Of a stretch of 64,000 bases of DNA, positions 42,435 to 54,868 are shown piece after piece. Within the stretch, counting starts at the first letter, position 1; the number at the start of each line of letters is the position of its first letter. Source of the DNA: an uncultured Chloroflexia bacterium. GTDB lineage: Bacteria; Chloroflexota; Limnocylindria; Limnocylindrales; CSP1-4. The translations under genes and the position numbers were made by a program. The DNA is taken from contig CAWCEC010000004.1 in NCBI GenBank assembly GCA_963794525.1, positions 81,222 through 145,221 on the forward strand. Reading direction: 5' to 3'. The notes beneath the pieces were generated by a model. That model was not told the DNA's origin. It did no database searches and saw nothing but the letters and a program-made list of their open reading frames with translations.

Positions 42435-43700
42435 ATGGCGTCGGTCACCCTCCACCAGGTTCGGAAGGTCTTTCCCAACGGCTTCGAAGCGATCAGCGGC
42501 CTCGACCTCGAGATCGCCGACGGCGAGTTCATGGTCCTCGTCGGACCGTCCGGATGCGGCAAGTCCACGCTGCTGCGGATGATCGCCGGGCTCGAGCCGG
42601 TCACGGACGGGACGATCCTCATCGGCGATCGGGATGTCACCGATGAGCCGCCCGCGGCACGCGACATCGCGATGGTGTTCCAGAGCTACGCGCTCTACCC
42701 ACATATGCTGGTCCGCGAGAACCTGGCGTTCGGGTTGCGACGCCGACAAACGCCCGGCCAGCTGATCCGCGAGAAAGTCGGCGGCGTGGCCCGCGTGCTC
42801 GGGCTCGGCGATCTCCTCGAACGTCGACCAGGCCAGCTGTCCGGTGGTCAGCGCCAGCGGGTGGCGATCGGACGAGCGATGGTCCGGGAGCCGGTCGTCT
42901 ACCTGATGGACGAGCCCCTGTCGAACCTGGACGCGAAGCTCCGTGTGTCGATGCGTGCCGAGCTTGCGCGTCTCCATGATCGGCTCGGGGTGACCACGAT
43001 CTACGTCACCCACGACCAGACGGAGGCCATGACCCTCGGCGACCGGGTCTGCGTCATGCTCGATGGGCAGATCGTGCAGGTCGACACCCCGACGCGGCTG
43101 TTCACGGACCCGGCCGACACCTTCGTCGCCGGCACGATCGGCTCACCCGCGATGAACCTCGCGATCGCCACCATCGAGGACGGGGCCGTCCGGTTCGGCG
43201 CGCACCGGATCGAGCTGACCGGCCACCAGCGAGACCGCGTCGGTGGTCGCGCTCGAGTCGTCATCGGGCTGCGACCGAGCGATTTCCGGCTGCGATCGAG
43301 TGACTTCGCGCTCGACGAGGGCGTCCCGGTCGCGAGCGTCGCCCGGATGCCCATCGAGGCCGAAGTCGTGGAGCAGCTCGGAGCCGAGCAGATGATCGTC
43401 TTCCCGATCGCGGTGTCGAGGTACGTCGCGCCGGGCACGGCAGGTCAGCCGGCCGACGGAGCGGCGCCGCCGGAGGGCGCGGACGACGAGACGTTGCTCG
43501 CCGAGCCGGAGACGACGCGGTTCACCGCGCGACTCGACATGCGCAGCACGATCCGTCGCGATCAGCGCGTCGACGTCTACTTCGACGCCGAGCGGCTGTA
43601 CCTGTTCGACTCGGAAACGGGCCTGGCGCTCGAGGACGTGGCGAGCGCGCCCGACCTGACGGCCGTGCCGGCCGGTACTCCGGCCAGCAGCCCCGCCTGA
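42435..43700 (+). CDS. ABC transporter ATP-binding protein (MalK/UgpC-like)
   Basis: [43 protein letters not shown]; AAGGAG RBS. Confidence 0.95.
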   Translation: MASVTLHQVRKVFPNGFEAISGLDLEIADGEFMVLVGPSGCGKSTLLRMIAGLEPVTDGTILIGDRDVTDEPPAARDIAMVFQSYALYPHMLVRENLAFGLRRRQTPGQLIREKVGGVARVLGLGDLLERRPGQLSGGQRQRVAIGRAMVREPVVYLMDEPLSNLDAKLRVSMRAELARLHDRLGVTTIYVTHDQTEAMTLGDRVCVMLDGQIVQVDTPTRLFTDPADTFVAGTIGSPAMNLAIATIEDGAVRFGAHRIELTGHQRDRVGGRARVVIGLRPSDFRLRSSDFALDEGVPVASVARMPIEAEVVEQLGAEQMIVFPIAVSRYVAPGTAGQPADGAAPPEGADDETLLAEPETTRFTARLDMRSTIRRDQRVDVYFDAERLYLFDSETGLALEDVASAPDLTAVPAGTPASSPA

Positions 43701-43715
43701 CGCACCTCCGCCACG

Positions 43716-44597
43716 ATGCGCGTGCTTATCACGGGCGGGTCGGGGTTCGTCGGGCGGCGCGTCGTCCGGACGCTCGCGCCCGACCACGAGGTATTCACCG
43801 CGCAGCGACGCGTCCTGTCCCCGAGCCAGCACGGCGTCCACGATCTCGAGCTGGACCTGGCCGAACTGACGCCGGAGACGCTCGCCCGGTCGACGGGCGG
43901 CAGGCTCGATGCGGTCGTTCACCTGGCCGCTCGCCTCGACAACCCGTTCGGTGTCGATCACACACTCGCGGAGCTGGCGTCCTCCAACGTCGTCGCGACG
44001 CTCCGGCTGCTCGAGGCGTCTGCGGCGCTTGGGATCCGGCGGTTCGTCCACGGCTCGACCGGCGGCGTCAGCAGGAATCCGCCCGCCGGTGGGCGGATGC
44101 ACGAGGAGGATCCGGCGGGTCCGGTGAACCCGTATGGCCTGACCAAACATCTCGCCGAGCAGGCCGTCAGCGCGTATCGCTGGCCGTTCGAGACGGTCAG
44201 CCTTCGCTACTTCGTGCCGTACGGTCGCGACGGATCGAACCCGCTGTTCCAGCACGTGATCGCGGCGATCGAGCATGGCGAGGCCATCGTCGTCGGCGCC
44301 AGCGGCGGCCACGAGCTGAATCCGATCCACATCGACGACGCGGTCGATGCGACCGTCCGCGCGATCGATGCTCCGGGCCTCCCTCCCGTCCTCAACATCG
44401 CGGGTCCGGATGTCGTATCGATCGCCGAGCTGACCCGGCTCCTGGCGGCCGCCCTCGATCGTCCTGTCATCCTCCGGGAGGGCCCGGGATCAGACGAGAG
44501 CTGGGTGGCGGACATCGAGCAGATGTCGCGGCATCTCGGCCGCCCCAGGGTCGGGATCGCGGATGGGATCCGTCGGGAGTGGGGTCGCCCGGGTTGA
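43716..44597 (+). CDS. NAD-dependent epimerase/dehydratase (extended SDR)
   Basis: TGGSGFVG, HLAA, ST, YGLTK, LRYF. Confidence 0.9.
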   Translation: MRVLITGGSGFVGRRVVRTLAPDHEVFTAQRRVLSPSQHGVHDLELDLAELTPETLARSTGGRLDAVVHLAARLDNPFGVDHTLAELASSNVVATLRLLEASAALGIRRFVHGSTGGVSRNPPAGGRMHEEDPAGPVNPYGLTKHLAEQAVSAYRWPFETVSLRYFVPYGRDGSNPLFQHVIAAIEHGEAIVVGASGGHELNPIHIDDAVDATVRAIDAPGLPPVLNIAGPDVVSIAELTRLLAAALDRPVILREGPGSDESWVADIEQMSRHLGRPRVGIADGIRREWGRPG

Positions 44598-44641
44598 CGC
44601 CGTCCCGGCCACCGTGCCGCGGCCGGTAGGCGCAAGGGCCC

Positions 44642-45322
44642 CTATTCCGTGATGAGCACCGCGCGGACGGGTGAGGCGCAAGCGCCGGTGAGCGCCAGGG
44701 GCGTTGCCACGAGTTTCGGCTTCCGAGCGCCGCTGACCTTGTCCAGGTTCACCACGGGCGCCAGCAGCAGGATGTCGGTACTGAAGAAGCGCTCGAAGAA
44801 GCCCTGGGGATCGCGCGGAGAATCCGCGCGAGGCGTGTCCGCGCCCATGATCGATGGCCCCTGGTCCATGATCCAGAACCACAGATCACGGGAGACGTAG
44901 GGCGGCCGGTCGAGGAAACGCTCCGGCTCCCGCCAGGCCGTGTCCCAGCCCGTGTGGATCAGGACCGCATCGCCGGCCTCGATCGTCAAGCCATCCTGGT
45001 CGAGCGCTCGACGCGCCTCGTCGAGCGTCACCTTCTCGCCCTCGTCCTTGGGCGTGTGGATGACGACCGTCGGCACCATCCACACGCGTTCCAGGGGAAC
45101 CTGCTCGATCGTCTCGCGACCGGCGACGGCGTGCGCTGCTGTCTCGAGGTACGTCCCCGTCTGCGAGGCCATGGAGAGGTAGTCCATGAACAGGCTGCCC
45201 CGGTACGGCTCGGGCATGTCGATCTGGTGGATGTCGACCCCTCCGACCGGCAGGTCCAGGTACGGCGCGCCGTAATACCACATGCCCGAATAGATCGGCC
45301 CTGAGATGTCGATCAGACCCAT
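44642..45322 (-). CDS. Cyclase/kynurenine formamidase family protein with atypical metal motif
   Basis: IDISGPI..GM, QTGTYLE (in place of HxGTHxD), GDAVLIHTGW, GAD, NL, PL...GACASPVRA. Confidence 0.83.
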   Translation of the reverse strand: MGLIDISGPIYSGMWYYGAPYLDLPVGGVDIHQIDMPEPYRGSLFMDYLSMASQTGTYLETAAHAVAGRETIEQVPLERVWMVPTVVIHTPKDEGEKVTLDEARRALDQDGLTIEAGDAVLIHTGWDTAWREPERFLDRPPYVSRDLWFWIMDQGPSIMGADTPRADSPRDPQGFFERFFSTDILLLAPVVNLDKVSGARKPKLVATPLALTGACASPVRAVLITE

Positions 45323-45373
45323 TGCTGACTCCTCCGCTGATGGGCAGTCACGCCGAACGGTGCGGCGGCCTGT

Positions 45374-46303
45374 TCACGGCCCGAAATGGGGCCGCACATC
45401 GTCAAGGAACAGCTCGATGTCGGCCGTTCCGGGGAACCCCGGGAACACGAGCTGGACGTGCTGGAACCCCAGCTCGATCAGGGCCTCGAGGTGGTCGACC
45501 ATCGCCGCTGGGTCGCCGGCGAACGCGACGACGTCGCCCTCCAGTCGCGACCCCGCGGCGCGCCGGGCGGCCGCCCCGTCGGTATCGAGGAACGCCACGA
45601 AGGTGATGGTCCGCACGATGGACGCCGGGTCGCGTCCGACCGTGGCGCAATGCTCCTCCAGCGCCGCGACCTTCCTCCGAAGCACCTCCATCGGGCGCGA
45701 CATGGCGTTCCACCAGTCGGCGTGTTCGGCGACCGCCCGCAACGTCAGCCTCTCCCCGTCACCGCCGATCATGATCGGCGGCGTCGGTCGTGGCACCGGC
45801 GCGGCCAGGGCGTCCTCCAGGCGATAGTGCTGGCCGTCGTAGGACACCGGACCCCCCGTCCAGAGCGCCCGGATGACCTCGATCCCCTCGACCATCTGCT
45901 CGATCCGGGTCCGGATCGGCGGGAACTCGTAGCCGTACGCGCGGTACTCGTCTTCGGCCCAGCCCGCGCCATAGCCGAGGATGAACCGCCCGTTGGTGAG
46001 GTGCTGCAGCGACGCCGCCATCTTGGCCAGGAGCGGCGGGTGGCGATACGAGTTGGCCATGACGATCGTGCCCAGCTGCGGATCGGGGAAGCGGGCGGCG
46101 ATCCAGGTCAGGAGGGTCCAGCATTCGAGGCGGAACCGGTCCTCGGTCATGAAATGGTCCGAGACCCAGATCGATTCGAACGCCGGCGCGGCAAGCGACA
46201 GCACCCGGTCGAGGTCCGCTGTGAACGTCGCCGGATCGACCCGTTCGATCAGGCGGTCGCCCGTCGGCGGGTTGTAGCCGAACGCCAGCCGCGGCCGCTC
46301 CAT
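45374..46303 (-). CDS. LLM-class flavin/F420-dependent oxidoreductase
   Basis: WVSDHF, YRHPPLLAKMAASL, GRFILGYGAGW..EY.AYG, PPIMIGG.GE. Confidence 0.92.
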   Translation of the reverse strand: MERPRLAFGYNPPTGDRLIERVDPATFTADLDRVLSLAAPAFESIWVSDHFMTEDRFRLECWTLLTWIAARFPDPQLGTIVMANSYRHPPLLAKMAASLQHLTNGRFILGYGAGWAEDEYRAYGYEFPPIRTRIEQMVEGIEVIRALWTGGPVSYDGQHYRLEDALAAPVPRPTPPIMIGGDGERLTLRAVAEHADWWNAMSRPMEVLRRKVAALEEHCATVGRDPASIVRTITFVAFLDTDGAAARRAAGSRLEGDVVAFAGDPAAMVDHLEALIELGFQHVQLVFPGFPGTADIELFLDDVRPHFGP

Positions 46304-46307
46304 CCGG

Positions 46308-47458
46308 CTACCCGGCCCCGAGCGGATGCTGCGCCACGACCGCTTCGACGATATTCGCGCCGAGCCCCGGGCGGTCCGGAACGATCAACTCGCCGTCGAC
46401 GATCTCGAGCTTCTGGTCGATGAGGTCCCACTTCCAGGGAACGTCGTCCATGTCGATCTCCAGGATCTCGAGGTTCGGCATGGCGGCGCACAGGTGGGCG
46501 TTGATCAGCGTGGCCAGCGGACTCATGTAGTTGTGCGGCGAGAACATCGTGTCGTAGTGCGCGGCAAGCTCGCAGATGCGCCGCGCCTCCGAGAGCCCGT
46601 TGGCCAGCGTCTCGATCATGACCACGTCCGTGACGTGTCGCTCCAGGAACGGGCGGAACTGCTCGCGCCGGATGAGGGCCTCGCCGTGGCAGATCCTGGT
46701 GCGGGTCTGCCGCCGGGCCGACAGGAGGGCGTCGGGATCGAAACCCTCGGCCTCGAGCCAGTACAGGTCGAACGGTTCCAGTGCCCGGGCCAGCCGGACG
46801 ATGCCACCCATCCGGTACTCCTGGCCCACGTCGAACAGGATGCCCATCGACGGGCCGACCCGATCGCGCAGCGCGCCCACGAACGTCACGGCCGCCTCGA
46901 TCCGCGCGTGGTCGATCGCACCATCGAGCGTCGGTGGGAGGCCCGACGCGAGACCCGGCACCAGGAGGTTCGTCTTGAGCGCCCGGAACCCGGCACGCTC
47001 CACGTCGTCCACGAGCGCGATCCACGCCTCGAGGCTTCGCGCCGGCTCGACCCCGAGCGCCTCCGGGTCGATGGCGCGGTAGGACGCGAAGTGCGACCAG
47101 TACAACGGGATCCGGTCGCGATACAGCCCGCCGAGCAACTCGTACACGGGCACGCCGAGCCATTTGCCCTTGATGTCGTGGAGCGCGATGTCGAGCGCGC
47201 CGATGACCTTCATCCGCTCCGGGACGCCGGCCCGGCCCGAGTCCCACAGGCGCCGTGCGATCAGCTCGATCCGGCGCGGGTCCTGGCCGATGAGCTCCCG
47301 CCCGATCAACCGGATGGCCTCGGCAAGGGACGGCGAGGCATGCCAGTCGTAGCCCTCTCCCCAGCCGACGATCCCCTCGTCGGTCGTCACCTTGACGAAC
47401 AGGAAGTCGCGACCGCCGATGCCGCTGTCGCAGGTGATCGGCTCGACCGCCACGATCT

Positions 47459-47462
<4 letters not shown>
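46308..47462 (-). CDS. MR/MLE enolase-superfamily protein (galactonate dehydratase-like clade)
   Basis: FVKVTTDEGIVGWGE, DIKGK.LGVPVYELLGG, YWSH, LKTN, WLE, HGE, SPHN, LEID; GTGA overlap. Confidence 0.92.
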
Positions 47463-48626
<1,164 letters not shown>

Positions 48627-48698
48627 CGCCGGATGGCTCCGCCGAGGCCGTCCAGGTCATTCGCGGACAGCGTGCTCCTCCGTTGACAGGGCCTCGAG

Positions 48699-48708
48699 TT
48701 GTCTACAA
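48699..48708. promoter_or_regulatory. GntR-type operator TTGTCTACAA
   Basis: In a divergent gap; followed by TATACCG as at 17081; TTGACA at 48683. Confidence 0.75.
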
Positions 48709-48870
48709 TATACCGGTAGGCGTCGTCGATCGGTCGGGGGCGCCGTGGCTCCTCTTTTGGGCCGCCGGGTATTTCCCCTATGCCCGGTCGATGCGCGGGA
48801 CTGGCAGACTCCTCCGCCGTCCCGCGCATCACACGCCCAGGACCAGCGCTGCCGTACGGGAGACATCTCG

Positions 48871-49901
48871 ATGAGCGTCGGGTTCGGGCTCCTGGGGTCC
48901 GGGTTCATGGCCCACACGTACGCCGAGTCGCTCGCCAAACACGTCCCCAACGCCCACCTCGCGGCGGTCGCCCTTGGGATCCCGAGCGCCGGGGCTGGTC
49001 GAGGAGTACGACGTGGCCCTCGAGCCCACGGCCGAGGCGCTGCTGGCGCGCGATGACGTCCAGGCCGTCATCATCGCCACCCCGCACTCGACCCACGTGT
49101 CACTCGCCATCGAGGCGGCGGCCGCCGGGCGCCACGTCTACCTCGAGAAGCCGATGGCCGTCACCCTCGCCGAATGCGACCGCATGATCGAGGCCTGTCG
49201 CGCCGGCCGGCGTCCTCCTCACCGTGAACCACGTCACCCGCTATCGCCGGTCGCCACGGACGGCCAAGGGCCTCGTCGACGAGGGCGCGATCGGGGACCT
49301 GCGGATGGTCCGCGTGCTGAGCTCGGTGATCGGCTATCTCCCGGACGACCACGGGTGGGCCAAGAACCCCGAGGAAGGCGGCGCGTGGCTCGACATGGGC
49401 GTCCACATGTTCGATGCGCTGCGCTGGTTCACCGATTCCGAGGTCGACGTGATCTTCGCCAGCATCCGCGATTTCGGCGGCCTCGAGCATCAGCGCCGCA
49501 CGGGACTGGCCGAGACCGTGATGCGCAACGGCGTCCTCACCCAGCTGCTCGTGAGCATGGAGATGCCGGCGCCCGGGCTCGGCTCACAGAGCCAGTGGAC
49601 GCTGGTCGGGAGCGACGGGATCATCGAGTCGGATTCGTACGGCAAGGTGCGCCTGGGACGGGGCGATACCTGGGAGCTGGTCTACGAGATGCCCCCGTTC
49701 GCGCTGAACGCGGACGTCTACAGCCCGGTCCGGCTCGAGGCGTTCGCCGCCCAGGTCGAAGGGTTCGCCGCGGCGATCGAGGCCGGCGGCGCACCCGGCA
49801 TGGCCGGCGAGGACGGCCGCGCCGCGGTGGAGCTCGTCGAGGCGGCCGCCCGTTCGTCGTCGAGCGGGCAGGCCGTGCGCCTCCCGCTCGCTCCCGCCTG
49901 A
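48871..49901 (+). CDS. Gfo/Idh/MocA oxidoreductase; frameshifted near 48980 and 49205
   Basis: GLLGSGFMA, ATPHSTH, HVYLEKPM, GGAWLDMGVH; paralog of 31241-32308 and 16039-17056. Confidence 0.9.
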
Positions 49902-49925
49902 CGCGGGTTCGGAGCGTCCACACCG

Positions 49926-51072
49926 TTGCGCATCGTCGACCGCTCGGTCCTCAGCGCGGCTGTACCGGGAACCTCCCGGGCCGCCGCGACCTTCCCGACA
50001 TTCACCGTCCTGGCGGACGGCAGCCTGCTCGCGACCTACAGCATCGGATCGACCAAGGACAGCGACGACCTGACGGTCGAGCTTCGGCGGTCGATCGACG
50101 GCGGGGCGACGTGGGACGAGCCGCGCGCCCCGTTCGAGACGACCCTGGACGGGCCGGCGCGGCTCGCTCAAGTTCGCCCCGATCACGAGGCTCGATGGCG
50201 ATCGGCTGATCATCGTGGCGTTGTGGATCGATCGCGAGGCGTTCCCGGGTCAGCCGCTCTTCAACCCCGAGACCGAGGGGTGCCTGCCGATGGCGATCCT
50301 CGTCGCCGACTCGGCCGACGCCGGGGAGACCTGGTCATCGTGGCGACGGGTGGCGATGCCGGCCGACGTCGGTCCGCCGAGCCTGACCAACGCGATCGTC
50401 CGCTTCCCGAGCGGCCGTCTCCTGCTGAGCGTCGAGACCAACAAGGAGTACCTCGACACCTCACGCTGGTTCCAGCGTGTCGTCCACCTCTGGTCGGATG
50501 ACGACGGCGTCACGTGGTCGGCGCCGACGACGGTCGTGGCCGACCCGACCGGTCGGATCGGGACCTGGGACCAACGAGGGGCCGTGGCGGCCGATGGGCG
50601 CCTCGTCAGCTTCGCCTGGATCTACGACTTCGAGGCGGTCGCCTACCTGGACATCCAGCGGCGGATCAGCGCCGACGAGGGCCGTTCCTTCGGGGAGCCG
50701 GTCGACCTCGGCTTCGCCGACCAGCCTGGCCACCCGGCCATCCTGCCGGACGGCCGCGTCGTGCTCGCCTGGGTCGATCGGTTCGGCTCAGGCTCGATCC
50801 GGGCTCGCCTCGCAGCCTCGACCGAGGCACCGTTCGAGCCGGACACCGAGATCGTCCTGTTCGATGCCGCCGCCGATGCGACGAGCGCCGCCCGGACCGG
50901 GTCGTCGGCGACCGCCACGACAGGCGATGCGCTGGAGCAGATGCAGACCTGGTCGTACGGTCTGTGTTACGCCGACGCATTACCGGATGGCGACGTCGGG
51001 GTCGTGCACTATGCCCCGGGAACCGCCGGCGGGATCGAGATCCGCTGGATCCGCCTGGCGGTCGATGGCTGA
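49926..51072 (+). CDS. BNR/Asp-box sialidase-fold protein; frameshifted near 50165
   Basis: SIDGGATW, SADAGETW, SDDDGVTW, SADEGRSF; NPETEG and WDQR shared with the paralogs. Confidence 0.85.
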
Positions 51073-51087
51073 CGGCATGAGGGAGCG

Positions 51088-52143
51088 ATGACCGACGAGG
51101 CGGACCCGCTGGCAAACGCGACGCTCGCCGAGATGGAGACGTTCGCGGCCGCGCTGCTCCCCACCTACGCGCTCGACTACTACGCCTCGGGCGCGCGTGA
51201 CGAGCAGACGTTCCGGGGCAATCTCGCGGCGTGGGGCCGCTGGTGGCTGGTCCCGCGGATGCTCAACGACGTGTCGGCGGTGTCGCTCGCGACGACCGTG
51301 CTCGGCCAGCCGATCGCGCTGCCGATCCTGGTCGCGCCGATGGCGTCGCAGCGGCTCGCCCATCCCGACGGCGAGCTTGCCACGGCCCGCGCGGCGGCAG
51401 GGGCGGGCACGATCATGGTGGTGTCCACGAGCACGATGGTGCCGATCGAGGAGATCGGGGCGGTGCCGGATGTGGCCTTCTGGTTCCAGCTCTACCCGTT
51501 CCCGGACTTCGAGGAGACGCTCGCCATGATCGAGCGGGCCGTCGCAGCCGGGGCGAAGGCGATCTGCCTGACGGTCGACGTGGCCAGCCATATCGATCCG
51601 AAGCGGCGGCCGCGAGGCGGCCTGGTCGCGCCGGCCTGGGTGGAGTACCCGATGCATCCACCCAAGGCCGCGGACACGCTTGCCGCGCTGGACTGGCCCT
51701 ATCTCGAGCGTTTGCGCGCGCGCGTCAGCGTTCCGATCGTCCTCAAGGGGATCCTGCATCCCGACGATGCCCGGGCGGCCGCCGATGTGGGTGTCCCCGC
51801 CATCGTCGTGAGCAACCATGGCGGGCGCACCCTCGATGGGGCCGTCACGACCGCGGAGATCCTGCCCGAGATCGCCGATGCGGTGGGCGACCGGGTGGAG
51901 CTGCTCGTCGACGGCGGCATCCGGCGGGGCGTCGACGTGATCCGTGCGCTCGCACTCGGTGCCCGCGCCGTGCTGGTGGGCCGCCCGTTCCTGTGGGGGC
52001 TGGCCATCGCGGGAGAAGCCGGCCAGCGGCGCGTCTTCCGGACCCTGCGCGATGAGTTGGAGCAGGACGCCAGGCACTGCGGCATCGCCGATATCACCGC
52101 CGTGCCCCGAGACCTCGTCCGGATCAGTCGCCTCGGCATCTGA
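51088..52143 (+). CDS. FMN-dependent alpha-hydroxy-acid oxidase
   Basis: DYYASGA, HPDGE, WFQLY, LTVD, LKGI, SNHGGR, DGGIRRG, GRP. Confidence 0.93.
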   Translation: MTDEADPLANATLAEMETFAAALLPTYALDYYASGARDEQTFRGNLAAWGRWWLVPRMLNDVSAVSLATTVLGQPIALPILVAPMASQRLAHPDGELATARAAAGAGTIMVVSTSTMVPIEEIGAVPDVAFWFQLYPFPDFEETLAMIERAVAAGAKAICLTVDVASHIDPKRRPRGGLVAPAWVEYPMHPPKAADTLAALDWPYLERLRARVSVPIVLKGILHPDDARAAADVGVPAIVVSNHGGRTLDGAVTTAEILPEIADAVGDRVELLVDGGIRRGVDVIRALALGARAVLVGRPFLWGLAIAGEAGQRRVFRTLRDELEQDARHCGIADITAVPRDLVRISRLGI

Positions 52144-52144
52144 C

Positions 52145-53237
52145 GTGCGAATCACGGATATCCGGCTCGACAGCCTGTCGATCGGCCCGACCCTGGTCCA
52201 GGTCGTCACCGACGAGGGCGTCGTCGGCCTGTCCGAGCTCGGCTGGCACGACCCCGCGATCTTCCGCGGCCACCTGGAGCGTGTCATCAAGCCGCAACTC
52301 ATCGGCGCGGACCCGCTGGCGCCGGGCCGCATCCGCGAGCGCCTGGTCAATGGCACGCGCGAGCTCCCGTACCCGACCACCAGTGCCTTCGCCGGCGTGA
52401 TCGACATCTGCCTGTGGGACCTCATGGGCAAGCGCGCCGGTCTGCCGCTCTACGCCCTGCTGGGCGGCGCCGCCCGGACCGACATCCCGCTGTACTGGAG
52501 CGTCGGCGCCGGCTTCGCCAAGACGGTCGAGGGGATGGTCGCCGACGTGCTGCGCGGGCGGAGCCAGGGGTTCGAGGCGTTCAAGATCCGGATGGACTGG
52601 GGTCCGCTCCAGCGCGACGTGGACCCGGCCAAGGACATCGAGATGGCTCGTCGGTGCCGGGAGGCGCTCGGCCCGGACGTCTGGATCGGCTTCGACGCCA
52701 ACCGCGGCTATTCGGTCGGGACGGCGATCCGCGTCGGGCGCCAGCTGGAGGCGCTCGGGTTCGCACATTTCGAGGAACCGCTCCCGGAGCATGACCTGGC
52801 CGGCCTGCGCGAGGTCTGCCGCGCCCTGGACATCCCGGTCTCGACCGGCGAGCAGCTCCATGACCGCTGGGGATTCCGGGATCTCCTCGCCGCGGCGGAC
52901 CCGGACATCCTCCAGCCGGACATCGTCGACGCGGGCGGGATCAGCGAGGTGATGCGCATCTTCGAGCTCGCCGCGAGCCACGCCAAGCCGGTCATGCCGC
53001 ACAGCCCGGCGGCCGGGATCCTCGCGACCGCCAGCCTGCACGCCTATGCGACCGTGGCGTCGACGCAGGCGCCGCACGAGTACTCCGTCGAGTACGGCCC
53101 GCCGCCCGAACGGATCGCCGAGCTGTTCGAGGAGCCCATCGAGCCGCAGGCCGGTCGGATCCGGCTGCCCGACCGGCCGGGCCTGGGCCTGGTGCTCGAT
53201 GAAGCCGGCGGTCGCGCGGCTTCGCGTCGACGCCTAG
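52145..53237 (+). CDS. MR/MLE enolase-superfamily protein; frameshift near the C-terminus (~53205)
   Basis: TDEGVVG, IDICLWDLMGK, FKIR, FDAN, FEEP, TGE, QPD, MPH, PGLG. Confidence 0.92.
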
Positions 53238-53260
53238 CCGAGCGTCGCGGCGCGGCGATC

Positions 53261-54868
53261 TCAGGCGAGCAGGACGCGACCGGGGCGGACCTCGTCCGGC
53301 TGCCGGCCGTCGACGACGACGCGTCGACCGGCCACCATCACGTGCTGGACACCGACGGGCGGGAGGGTCGGCTCGCGGAACGTCGCGCCATCAGTGATGG
53401 TCGCGGGATCGAAGACGACGAGGTCCGCGATCGCCCCCTCGACGATCCGCCCGCGATCGACCAGTCGCGCGCGGTCGGCCGGCGCCGACGTCGACATCCG
53501 GATCGCCCGTTCGAGGGTCAGCAGGCCGTGGGCTCGCACGTACGACCCCAGCAGGCGCGGGTAGCACCCGAACGATCGCGGGTGGGGCCGGCCGGCGCTC
53601 GACGGTCCGTCCGGGTCCATCGCCAGGCCGTCCGAGCCGATCGACGTGAGCGGGTGGGTCAGGACCGCCCGCAGGTCGTCCTCGGATCGACCGTACGCCA
53701 CCATCTGGATCCGGTTGTCGCTTCGAGCGATGAGGTCGAGGGCCGCCTCGCCGGGATCCATCGACCATCGTGCGGCGACGGCCTCCACGGTCAAGCCGAG
53801 CGTCTCTTCGAGATCCGGCTCGGTCGATGCCACCTCGATCTCGTCCCAACCGAAGAACAGGCTGTCGCGCCAATCGGCGTGGATCCTGGCGCGTTCGGTC
53901 GGGCTGGCCAGCCGCGCGACGATGGCGGACGGACCGCCTGCCTGCGCCCACTCGGGCAGCAGCTGGGACAGGTTGGCGCTTCCGGCGATGTACGGATAGA
54001 TGTCGATGCCGACGTCGACACCGTCGTCGTGGGCACGTTCGATCCGTTCGAGCGCGCGGGGAACGGCGCCCCAGTTGCGCCGGCCGGCGACGGCGAGGTG
54101 CGAGATCTGCAGCCGGCAGGCACTCAGTCGCGCGATCGTGAGTGCCTCGTCCACCGCATCGAGCAGGTGGTCGCTGTAGTTGCGCATGTGGATCGCGAAC
54201 AGACGGTCATGCCGTGCGACGGCGCGGCCGATGGCGACGAGCTCATCCCGGTCGGCGGACATCGCCGGCGGGTACATGAGCCCGGTGGACACGCCGATCG
54301 CCCCCGCATCCAGGCAGTCGTCGATGGCCGCGACCAGCGCCGAGCGCTCGCCGGCATCGAGCGGGCGCGCGGCTTCTCCTGCCACCGAGATCCGGAGTGG
54401 CAGGTGGCCGATGAGTGGCGCCGTGTTCAGCGCAAGGCCCTCCCGCTCCAGCGCCGCGGCGTAACCGCCGAGGTCGGTCCAGTGCCACCGCACGCCGGGG
54501 TCGGGATCGATCGTCGCGTTCGCGGCCCGGATCTCGGACGCGGCCATGGCCGGGAGCGGCACGGCGCCCATCCCGCAGTTGCCGTTGACCTCGGTGGTCA
54601 CGCCCTGGGCGACCTTGCTTCGAGCGCGCCCGTCGCTGAGGAGTGTCAGGTCCGAATGGCTATGGAGGTCGACCCATCCCGGCGCCACGACCAGGCCGGT
54701 CGCATCCACCCGTTCGAGACCGTCCGTCCCTGCCTCGGCCAGGTCGCCGATCGCGTCGATCCGGCCGGCACGGACGGTCACGTCGGCACGCCGACCGGCG
54801 GAGCCGGTCCCATCGATCACGGTCCCGCCGACGATCACGAGGTCCGCATCGGCGCCGCCGGTCACCAT
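53261..54868 (-). CDS. N-acyl-D-amino-acid deacylase (D-aminoacylase)
   Basis: GGTVIDGTG, APGWVDLHSHSD, QGVTTEVNGNCG, STGLMYPP, HMR, ISH, IGSDG, HPRSFG, GAIADLVVFDP. Confidence 0.93.
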   Translation of the reverse strand: MVTGGADADLVIVGGTVIDGTGSAGRRADVTVRAGRIDAIGDLAEAGTDGLERVDATGLVVAPGWVDLHSHSDLTLLSDGRARSKVAQGVTTEVNGNCGMGAVPLPAMAASEIRAANATIDPDPGVRWHWTDLGGYAAALEREGLALNTAPLIGHLPLRISVAGEAARPLDAGERSALVAAIDDCLDAGAIGVSTGLMYPPAMSADRDELVAIGRAVARHDRLFAIHMRNYSDHLLDAVDEALTIARLSACRLQISHLAVAGRRNWGAVPRALERIERAHDDGVDVGIDIYPYIAGSANLSQLLPEWAQAGGPSAIVARLASPTERARIHADWRDSLFFGWDEIEVASTEPDLEETLGLTVEAVAARWSMDPGEAALDLIARSDNRIQMVAYGRSEDDLRAVLTHPLTSIGSDGLAMDPDGPSSAGRPHPRSFGCYPRLLGSYVRAHGLLTLERAIRMSTSAPADRARLVDRGRIVEGAIADLVVFDPATITDGATFREPTLPPVGVQHVMVAGRRVVVDGRQPDEVRPGRVLLA

